From the IMG/VR virus record IMGVR_UViG_3300025902_000617: a DNA stretch of 61,039 nucleotides; one strand, given 5' to 3'. This document shows, in pieces, positions 54,628-61,039 of the stretch. Positions within the stretch are counted from its first letter, which is position 1. The number at the start of each line of letters is the position of its first letter. A program made the position numbers and the translations under genes. The stretch comes from an uncultured virus (IMG/VR IMGVR_UViG_3300025902_000617) (Duplodnaviria > Heunggongvirae > Uroviricota > Caudoviricetes). The notes beneath the pieces are model-generated. The model made no database searches, was not told the DNA's origin, and saw only the letters and a list, made by a program, of their open reading frames with translations.

Positions 54628-54922
54628 CGCATGAACAATTTCCGCAAGTACATGGGACTGCTAACCCGGGCTTTCCTTTATTCTTCTCGGAATAGTACAA
54701 GATCGCAAACCACATGCATCCGGTACTTATAGATACTACAGACGCGTAGAACAAATCAAGCGTTATGTCGACAAGCCCCATTCCCACGCACCCCAACCCG
54801 GTGATGAGGCACGTCCACAAGTTCAGCGAGGCTTTTCCGTTAAAAGCGTCAACAACCTGTGGAATAAGCATAACCGTAAACGAAAGCCCGATCACTGCAA
54901 ACGCAATATCCTGCCACATCAT
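54620..54922 (-). CDS. PQ-loop/SemiSWEET-like three-TM protein
   Basis: MLIPQVV after TM1, three TM segments. Confidence 0.6.
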   Translation of the reverse strand: MMWQDIAFAVIGLSFTVMLIPQVVDAFNGKASLNLWTCLITGLGCVGMGLVDITLDLFYASVVSISTGCMWFAILYYSEKNKGKPGLAVPCTCGNCSCGD

Positions 54923-54923
54923 A

Positions 54924-55139
54924 TCACCTCAGGAATATTGCCCCGAGTATCCCGATTACCAGCATTACTATGATAACGAATACGATAAACCCGATCCACG
55001 TCAGCATGATAAGTCCCGGGAACCAAACGACCCACCACGGCAAACCAGATACCATCCCACTATAATGCATAACAAGCATTACCATCTGTGCAAGTATAAG
55101 AATAACTGCACACAATCCACCATTACTACTCTTTGTCAT
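54924..55139 (-). CDS. Small membrane protein
   Basis: Two TM segments around PWWVVWFP. Confidence 0.6.
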   Translation of the reverse strand: MTKSSNGGLCAVILILAQMVMLVMHYSGMVSGLPWWVVWFPGLIMLTWIGFIVFVIIVMLVIGILGAIFLR

Positions 55140-55500
55140 CTTCTTTCTCCTTTTCTTTCAGAAACTCAATAATTTTTTTCATCTTCTCTGGCGTTATAAC
55201 CATCTCGTCTTTTGACTCGGCATCAGCAGCTACAGCCCCTCCACGTTCAAGTCTGGTGAGACGCATATTTACGTGACCAAGCTCGTGGAAAATCGCTTCG
55301 ACTACATCTTCGTCGAGTTCATCTCCAATCTCCGCGTTTCCACCGGCAATACCGTTTTCAGTGAGCTCGCGCTTAAACCACATTCTCATCGAATGTACTA
55401 CCGTGTCCGAACTCATCTCCACAATTTCGTTAAGAATCTCTGAAATATCGTACTTCGCAAGAAGTTCAGATACGTCGTGGTTAATGTTGTTTCTCACCAT
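55126..55500 (-). CDS. Hypothetical protein
   Basis: GGAGG SD before ATG 55500. Confidence 0.6.
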   Translation of the reverse strand: MVRNNINHDVSELLAKYDISEILNEIVEMSSDTVVHSMRMWFKRELTENGIAGGNAEIGDELDEDVVEAIFHELGHVNMRLTRLERGGAVAADAESKDEMVITPEKMKKIIEFLKEKEKEDDKE

Positions 55501-55524
55501 ACTTGCCTCCAAATGGGTTTTTTA

Positions 55525-55596
55525 AGGACAAACCGGACGCGAAGGGTCGCCCCTCGCCGCCTCTATGAGTTTGTACCCGGTTTTTCAAGACCGTCC
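55525..55596 (-). ncRNA. Intergenic multi-stem element (variant tRNA-like fold)
   Basis: GGAC/GTCC and AAACCGG/CCGGTTT stems enclose CTC-ATA-GAG and GCGAGGGG-CGA-CCCTTCGC hairpins. Confidence 0.45.
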
Positions 55597-55920
55597 TCAA
55601 ATAACCCGTGTTTCTACTTTCTCTACCTCAGCTTTCGCAGCGTTGATCTCCTGATTGATCATGCGAAGACGATCACCAGCTTCCTCGATCATGGCCATGA
55701 ACCGTTCGAATGTGGCCTTGCGATAAATCCCCCCGACGCTCAGGGTTTCTCCGCTGAACATCTTGATGGATTTGCCCGTGTCGACCATCCAGAACGACGG
55801 AGCCGCATCAAGATACTGATACGGCAAATCCTTCCGCGGCATAACGCCTTTGATGGAAAGAATTACATATTTCAACACGCCACGTTCAACGAATGCGCGT
55901 GTTTTGATTCTTACTGACAT
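55597..55920 (-). CDS. Hypothetical protein
   Basis: GGAGG SD, biased codon use. Confidence 0.65.
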   Translation of the reverse strand: MSVRIKTRAFVERGVLKYVILSIKGVMPRKDLPYQYLDAAPSFWMVDTGKSIKMFSGETLSVGGIYRKATFERFMAMIEEAGDRLRMINQEINAAKAEVEKVETRVI

Positions 55921-55965
55921 GTCTTAATTCCTCCCTTGCCTCCCCGTCTCACCCGGAGAGGAAAA

Positions 55966-56008
55966 CCGTGCGCGGGGCTTGAACCCACTACCGCCTTATC
56001 GGGCACGG
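55966..56008 (-). ncRNA. Mini-tRNA-like element A
   Basis: CCGTGC-[CCGATAAGGCGGTA]-GTGGG-TTCAAGC-CCCGC-GCACGG, followed by a hairpin at 55939-55961, SD and ATG. Confidence 0.65.
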
Positions 56009-56042
56009 AAGATTTAAATACAATTCGAAACGATTATTATTA

Positions 56043-56396
56043 ATGGTTGAATACGGATATGAATCTGCACTACGCCGAGCCGCTCGAAGTGTTGATTTAA
56101 GCAAGTTTGTAATGACAGAGCGTGACACGGCTTTTATGGCCATAGGGACGGCGTTCGGGGGATTGCAGACTCCATTAATAAAACGACTTGCACAAGAATC
56201 ACCGTCGACGGGTAGGGAAATCCTCACGTCTACAAGTGGCATGCTTGCGATTGCAATTGGACTGGCGGGGGTTGGTGTTGGCGTAGGAACAAGACTTGGA
56301 TACTTCGATCTCAACCGTGACATTGCCGCATTCGCTTTCGGGTATGGGTTGTCTGCGATAATCAGCATTTCGCTTAATGTCATTTTTTCGCCTTGA
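56043..56396 (+). CDS. Membrane protein, distant paralog of 9795 and 10272
   Basis: IGTAFGGLQ..., three hydrophobic segments, AFAFGYG. Leaderless, after TTTAAATA. Confidence 0.6.
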   Translation: MVEYGYESALRRAARSVDLSKFVMTERDTAFMAIGTAFGGLQTPLIKRLAQESPSTGREILTSTSGMLAIAIGLAGVGVGVGTRLGYFDLNRDIAAFAFGYGLSAIISISLNVIFSP

Positions 56397-56473
56397 TTAG
56401 TCTTTCTTTTTTTCAAATAATACAGATAGAAGTGGAAAAACAACGAGAAGCCATTTCGCCAGTCTACCAATTC

Positions 56474-56842
56474 TCACTTCGGTGCTTTTCGTAGATCGTC
56501 ACACATCCTGAACCTTGCAACCGACAGCACTTGCCCGCCCTCGTCGCGCTTTGCTCCATTTATCCCCTTCGTGTCGGGAGAAATAAAATCGGGACGGCGC
56601 AAGATCTGCGTTACTTGACTCGGCACGATGTACCACGTGTCCTTTTCAACCGGGGGAACCTCGTCCTCTTCTGGTTTGAAATACACGCGCCTGACAATTG
56701 AATTCCCATTGATAACAGCAATAGTCTCATCCATCGTTTGAAGACGAAGCAATCTTCCATCAGGGGGATACTCATAAATCGAAGAATCTGCTCGTTCCAC
56801 CCGTATGGGATGACTATTTAGGTTTATAATTTTTTTTGTCAA
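56474..56842 (-). CDS. Hypothetical phage-type protein
   Basis: IINLNSHPI..PP.G..R ... P....YIV....RPD..SPD......RD..G motif. AGGAG SD. Confidence 0.7.
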   Translation of the reverse strand: MTKKIINLNSHPIRVERADSSIYEYPPDGRLLRLQTMDETIAVINGNSIVRRVYFKPEEDEVPPVEKDTWYIVPSQVTQILRRPDFISPDTKGINGAKRDEGGQVLSVARFRMCDDLRKAPK

Positions 56843-56903
56843 TAAAACCTCTCCTTTAAATATTATTTGAACTTATTGGATATTAAAGATTTCGGTTGAA
56901 AAT

Positions 56904-57155
56904 TTAGTCTTCGTCGTCTTCCTCGTCGTCTTCCTCGTCCTCGCCGTCTTCTGATAAAACTTCAAGGACGTGGAATTTGTTATTGAGTACCTCAAGTTTG
57001 AAGATATCTTCGAGCTCTTTTTCCTCGTCTTCGATCATATCCACAAGTGCATCTACAGCTCCTTCCATCGCATCCCTGCTGGAAATGCTCGGGACTAAAA
57101 AGTCCACCGTCATGCGCACATGGCGCATACTGATTTTGCGTGTTCTGTTTGACAT
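56904..57155 (-). CDS. Acidic-tailed hypothetical protein
   Basis: AGGAG SD before ATG 57155. The ORF-track extension upstream runs through an RNA element. Confidence 0.65.
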   Translation of the reverse strand: MSNRTRKISMRHVRMTVDFLVPSISSRDAMEGAVDALVDMIEDEEKELEDIFKLEVLNNKFHVLEVLSEDGEDEEDDEEDDED

Positions 57156-57184
57156 GTTTTTCTCCTCCCGGAACCCCGGGTACA

Positions 57185-57224
57185 CCGTGTGCGGGGGATC
57201 GAACCCCGCCCAGTCCATTCACGG
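57185..57224 (-). ncRNA. Mini-tRNA-like element B
   Basis: CCGTG-[AATGGACTGG]-GCGGGG-TTCGATC-CCCCGC-A-CACGG, followed by CCCGG-GGTT-CCGGG hairpin (57167-57180), SD and ATG. Confidence 0.65.
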
Positions 57225-57545
57225 CTTTTTTAATCTTGCTGCTATCCTTTCTGAAATTTCGGCGATATCCGCTTCATTGAGACTGCAATCCACCATCAGC
57301 TTGTTGGCAAGATTCACGAAGAATTCATTCGTGGTTTTAGACAATTCTTTCAGCTTGTCGGTTGGAACCTTTCCCACAGCCGCCTCGTTATGGGCACCGG
57401 CCATGGTTATCATATCTTGAAGCAAGGCCATAGCCATTTGCTTTTTTGCGCAGAAAACCTTTTCTGTGGGGCGTTCCTGCGGTATTTTTCGCGCCTCTAC
57501 CTTACTTCCTTCCGGCTTTAAAACAAATTCAAATTTGTCACTCAT
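57219..57545 (-). CDS. Hypothetical protein
   Basis: GGAGG SD, operon spacing. Confidence 0.6.
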   Translation of the reverse strand: MSDKFEFVLKPEGSKVEARKIPQERPTEKVFCAKKQMAMALLQDMITMAGAHNEAAVGKVPTDKLKELSKTTNEFFVNLANKLMVDCSLNEADIAEISERIAARLKKP

Positions 57546-57759
57546 TATACTCCTCCTGCAATATTTTCTTTTGCGATTTTGCCACTGTTCGTTTTCTTTC
57601 CTGAACCCTCACTACAACACCTTCCTTGAACTCAGATAGCCTGTGGCACGTCGGGCATTCCGTTCCCTCTGGAAACATTCCGTCGGTCTGCCCATTGTAT
57701 TTCTTCTCGAATATGCCGCAAAATCGGCACTCAAATTTTAGTAATGCGCGCACTTTCAT
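57538..57759 (-). CDS. Zinc-ribbon protein (FmdB-like pattern)
   Basis: FECRFCG..FE....CPTC. Confidence 0.6.
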   Translation of the reverse strand: MKVRALLKFECRFCGIFEKKYNGQTDGMFPEGTECPTCHRLSEFKEGVVVRVQERKRTVAKSQKKILQEEYNE

Positions 57760-58202
57760 TGAGTAACACCTGCAATAGTTATCAATTTGCTTCTAAGGCT
57801 ATCCCTGTCTTCTGCAACGCGATAAGTCTTCTTACCTTGTCCAGAAGCGGCATATTTTGTATATCCTACGTTCGATATACTCATTGCAATACACCGGTGA
57901 CGATATTCGACACTAAGTTTTTTAAACCATTCGTTGCGCTTGCACAATTCGTTGTCTATATCGAAATTAGACGTATACAGCGGAATGTCGAAATCGAGCA
58001 ATATGCGCGCAGAAATCGAAGTAACAATAGAGATTGTCTCGTGCAATGGCTTATACGTTTTCATGCTTTTACTGTTCTTTCTTTGCAATCGCGCGCGGAG
58101 TTCTTCGCGATTTCTTTCAAGTTGCTTAGAACACCCATCTGAACACAACAGGCCACTGCGACCTTCTGGTATCTGATAACCGCAAACAACACATCTTGTC
58201 AT
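57756..58202 (-). CDS. Zinc-finger protein (CxxC...CSxxC)
   Basis: CVVCG.....LCSDGC. Confidence 0.6.
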   Translation of the reverse strand: MTRCVVCGYQIPEGRSGLLCSDGCSKQLERNREELRARLQRKNSKSMKTYKPLHETISIVTSISARILLDFDIPLYTSNFDIDNELCKRNEWFKKLSVEYRHRCIAMSISNVGYTKYAASGQGKKTYRVAEDRDSLRSKLITIAGVTQ

Positions 58203-58217
58203 TTTTAATCACTTGTT

Positions 58218-58595
58218 TTACGAGTATTTGTCCCCGAACAAACTCTTTACGAGAAAGTCCCTTCCATCGTTGCTTTTATTTGCGTGGACGAGAATCTCAT
58301 TTGGATCTACAGTGGTTGCTGATTTAGTACCTCTAGCTAATGCCTCAACACGCTCGTCAATCCTTTCCTTTTCTATTCCTATGGCCACAGAAAGCATATC
58401 CACCATGGCATCCCCAAACATAACGACTGTTTGCAATTCTATCCTTTCTACAGGATCGAGTTGCTTCGAGTGGTTTTCGAGAACTCCCGCAACTGCGTCA
58501 GTATTCATAAAGATTGCAGCTATTAAATCCGTCATGTCTTCGACAGGGATAGAAATATTTACAACTTTAGATACTCTTCCTGACACCACAATCAA
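58218..58595 (-). CDS. Hypothetical protein
   Basis: AGGAG SD, TTG start. Confidence 0.55.
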   Translation of the reverse strand: MIVVSGRVSKVVNISIPVEDMTDLIAAIFMNTDAVAGVLENHSKQLDPVERIELQTVVMFGDAMVDMLSVAIGIEKERIDERVEALARGTKSATTVDPNEILVHANKSNDGRDFLVKSLFGDKYS

Positions 58596-58762
58596 GATCT
58601 CCTTTTACCACTATCATATCGAACGTGCAAGGAAATATACTTTTCGTGCCTTGGGCACTTCTTGCCATCATACGGGTTGAAATCTGCTGGACACGCGATT
58701 TCATTACCTTTGTCGGTTCGATGTTCACAGCCTACACAAAATTGATACAAGCATCCTGCCAT
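58592..58762 (-). CDS. 56-aa Cys-rich protein (not in ORF track)
   Basis: MAGCLYQFCVGCEHR..CPADFNPYDGKKCPRH... TAATG and TTGA coupling at the two ends. Confidence 0.65.
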   Translation of the reverse strand: MAGCLYQFCVGCEHRTDKGNEIACPADFNPYDGKKCPRHEKYISLHVRYDSGKRRS

Positions 58763-58986
58763 TATAACACCGGGATACCTGCCTTGCGTATCATACGCTC
58801 AAAACATTCCTCAAGCCGCGCATTAAGCTCAAGATTGCTTTCGGGGACGCTTTCTACTGCATTTATCACCGTAGCGCACAAATGCATTTCGTTATTTTCC
58901 AGATAGTCGCATCCGGTGCGGTAATGACACACTCCACAAATGGCATAAACATCATCGCACACCGGGTCGTAGCCTTCGTTGTTCAT
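58762..58986 (-). CDS. Small Cys-rich protein
   Basis: CGVC....C......LC, operon spacing. Confidence 0.55.
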   Translation of the reverse strand: MNNEGYDPVCDDVYAICGVCHYRTGCDYLENNEMHLCATVINAVESVPESNLELNARLEECFERMIRKAGIPVL

Positions 58987-58987
58987 A

Positions 58988-59276
58988 TCAGTCTTCCATT
59001 TCCGTTTCATAGTCGAATGTTACCACAGATGCATTGTTCTTGAAGAAGAATCTCTCCCCGTCGATAATACGTTCGTAGTCGACACCTGCGTTATTAAAAA
59101 TCTGCATGGCTCCGCTCGTGGTAAAGACCATATCATCTGCACCTTCGAGAGCATCGATTGCCTTGTTGTAGTCTTTAATATCCACGAGGAAGAAATCCTC
59201 AGTCGTGTTTGCGTTGAGACGGTTTCTGTTTTCAATCCCAACGATGATCAGAGCCTTGCTTGTATCTTTTTCCATT
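58988..59276 (-). CDS. Hypothetical protein
   Basis: AGGAGGT SD before ATG 59276. Confidence 0.65.
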
Positions 59277-59313
59277 CTTTTGACCTCCTTTAGAGCCAGA
59301 TATCTGGCAAATC

Positions 59314-59343
59314 GCGGTGGGGAGTCGAACCCCACAAATCCGC
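59314..59343 (-). ncRNA. Mini-tRNA-like element C
   Basis: GCGG-ATTTG-TGGGG-TTCGACT-CCCCA-CCGC, followed by palindrome GCCAGATATCTGGC (59295-59308), SD and ATG. Confidence 0.6.
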
Positions 59344-59445
59344 CTCAATACGAAACACGGGTATTCCCTGACCAACTTTGTTCGGTTGGTTTGGACAATT
59401 AAGTGTTGGTGTTATGAATTAATAAAACTAACGGCGCGCGCACTT

Positions 59446-59634
59446 TTAGACAATCGGGGCTAGAATTCCAAGTATTCCCAACATCTTGAGAAGGGTCGCG
59501 GCAACCCATATTGCAACCACAAACAACAGACCAACGAGAGCGGCGAAAGCCACCATCATTACTATACCCAAAAAGCATACGAGGGCAAAACCAATGAGTG
59601 CACCTTTTGTCTCAACATCAATATCAATATCCAT
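59446..59634 (-). CDS. Small very hydrophobic membrane protein
   Basis: About 45 hydrophobic residues, GGAGG SD. Confidence 0.6.
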   Translation of the reverse strand: MDIDIDVETKGALIGFALVCFLGIVMMVAFAALVGLLFVVAIWVAATLLKMLGILGILAPIV

Positions 59635-59636
59635 TT

Positions 59637-59897
59637 TTAATCCTCCAGTTCAAGAATCCTTTTCCATGCATTCACATCCATTTCCATTCCAGCGCGCCCG
59701 CGGTCAATTGCCTCGCGTATCTCACGCTTGTACATTTCGCGGTGTAGCGGTGACATCTGATCCCAGTTCGAACCAATGATATCGACAAGAGTGCCCACAA
59801 CGTATGTACTTCTCCCAAGCGCATACCTGAACGCGCAGAACAATAGAATTGTCTGATCAACGTCAGAAAAATCAAGCCGTATACCTTTATAAACCAT
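59637..59897 (-). CDS. Hypothetical phage-type protein
   Basis: CAFRYALGRSTYVV motif, GGAGG SD before ATG 59897. Confidence 0.7.
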   Translation of the reverse strand: MVYKGIRLDFSDVDQTILLFCAFRYALGRSTYVVGTLVDIIGSNWDQMSPLHREMYKREIREAIDRGRAGMEMDVNAWKRILELED

Positions 59898-59907
59898 TAT
59901 CCCTCCG

Positions 59908-60175
59908 ATAGTCCTTTCGGACATTCCGCGCACATGGTTTGACCCGTGCGCGCGGCGAAATTCGCTGAGCAAACAAGAAATGGCGGGATCGAAGTCCCGC
60001 CTACTGTGAGAAAACCACACTCCTGAAGCTCTATGCTTCCATGCGCGATCTCCTGCGAATTAAAGCCGAACCTGACGTGTCGGAAACGTGCAGATTGTGT
60101 CTGCAAACACCCCATGTCTAGAACATGGGAAAGCATGCGCGGGGGTTCGAACCCCTATAAGCCCAATCTCGCATG
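59908..60175 (-). ncRNA. Structured intergenic RNA: mini-tRNA element D plus an array of ~9 hairpins
   Basis: Element D at 60134-60175 is CATGCG-[13 nt]-AGGGG-TTCGAAC-CCCCG-CGCATG; consecutive stem-loops follow downstream. Confidence 0.65.
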
Positions 60176-60198
60176 TGAAATGTGGGGCGGGGTTGCTT

Positions 60199-60549
60199 TC
60201 ATACCCACTTGTCCCCGGGATGAAGCTGTTCGTACATCTCCCGTTTTTCCTTGTCGCGTTCCTTGCCCATTTCATATGTTGCCATGAAGTCGAGATCGAG
60301 AATTTTACACAATTTTTCCGTCTGAATAATAACGTCGGCAATTTCGGATTGCGAATATGCTCTCCATCCGCGGTAATCCAGTTTCTTACTGCCGTGCGTC
60401 CCGTCTTTCTGGGTATGGAGCCTTACAATATGGAACAGGCAATCAGCCAAGTGTGTGATTTGTCTGGTCAGCATCATGTAGTGAACCATAATGCTTTCAT
60501 CGCGCCTATTAAATATAATAAGTGGTATTTTATCTTCTTCCGCACTCAC
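60199..60549 (-). CDS. MazG-like NTP pyrophosphohydrolase fold protein
   Basis: SEIADVIIQ..KLC..LDLD. Confidence 0.55.
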   Translation of the reverse strand: MSAEEDKIPLIIFNRRDESIMVHYMMLTRQITHLADCLFHIVRLHTQKDGTHGSKKLDYRGWRAYSQSEIADVIIQTEKLCKILDLDFMATYEMGKERDKEKREMYEQLHPGDKWV

Positions 60550-61039
60550 GGTAGGATCCTCCCATGCATCTCTCCTTCAATCTTACCAGAGATTTTCATC
60601 CACACATCACGGAGATGTGCGAGTTCTTTGGATTCCGCTATATATTCGCGCATTGTATTAATTGCATCGAGGTATCCCGGATCGGTTGCGGTTTGTTCAA
60701 TGGTGTCCAGAAACGATTCCATCTCGTCCAGAACCCCCTCTTTAATAGTGTAGTCGTGATCTTGTTCTTTTTGTTTCTTTAACGACTTCTGATAGTTACA
60801 TCTCTCTGGAATACACCCCCCACACTTGCTTTTATAATCCAAGCAGATTGTATTGTCACAATCGAAATCCGTCGCTAGTGCTGCGGGTGTGTGGGGACGG
60901 GAACTATGGGAAGCGCAACCGACAATATCAATGAAATACGGTATCCCGATCTGAAGCGCTTTCGGATCTTCAAGGAATATCTTTTTGCAAACGCGACTGC
61001 CAAGCGCTTCTTTGTCACAATCTGGGAGTTTGTGCTTGC
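60546..61039 (-). CDS. Cys-rich hypothetical protein, 5'-truncated by the window edge
   Basis: The frame of the 60546-60842 ORF stays open to the window end (KHKLPDCDK...). Confidence 0.6.
   Translation of the reverse strand, partial: KHKLPDCDKEALGSRVCKKIFLEDPKALQIGIPYFIDIVGCASHSSRPHTPAALATDFDCDNTICLDYKSKCGGCIPERCNYQKSLKKQKEQDHDYTIKEGVLDEMESFLDTIEQTATDPGYLDAINTMREYIAESKELAHLRDVWMKISGKIEGEMHGRILP

Noticed and set aside
56992..57222. ORF-track N-terminal extensions or alternative ORFs over the RNA elements (57156-57218, 59277-59335, 59898-60136)
   Set aside because: Strong SD sites support downstream ATGs (57155, 59276, 59897), and the extensions run through GC-rich hairpins.
55966..60175. 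Calling elements A-D true tRNA genes
   Set aside because: They are only 30-43 nt long with no anticodon arm, so they are reported as tRNA-like elements instead.

Overview
This window is a ~61 kb fragment of a large dsDNA virus genome, inferred to infect an archaeon, probably a methanogen. The evidence is TATA-box promoters with many leaderless genes, GGTG/GGAGG Shine-Dalgarno (SD) sites, archaeal-type tRNAs and PKD/PT-rich proteins. Both ends cut through genes. No terminase, portal, HK97 capsid, tail-tube or polymerase gene was recognised. The window contains: (1) a recombination/replication block (putative annealing protein, PD-(D/E)XK nuclease, SF2 helicase, HNH); (2) a long virion-like module with a candidate capsid protein, many small membrane and C-terminally anchored Cys-rich proteins, a membrane-anchored trypsin-like protease, a ~1520-aa Ser-Gly repeat fibre, and beta-helix and coiled-coil fibres; (3) a 7-gene glycosyltransferase/methyltransferase/B12 radical SAM cluster; (4) a class II CCA-adding enzyme and a tight array of 9 CCA-less tRNAs; (5) three paralogous basic, protamine-like proteins; (6) a minus-strand region of small genes. 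The best candidate for a new system lies in region 6. There, ~30-45-nt 'mini-tRNA' elements (acceptor-like stem plus T-arm, no anticodon) are each followed by a hairpin and then an SD/start codon, and one of them heads a ~280-nt array of hairpins. Other notable signals are a Ty1-like CTT-ATA-C candidate +1 frameshift joining two fibre ORFs, C33 in three tRNAs, and apparent CCWGG avoidance. All calls come from reading the sequence by eye; no searches were run.
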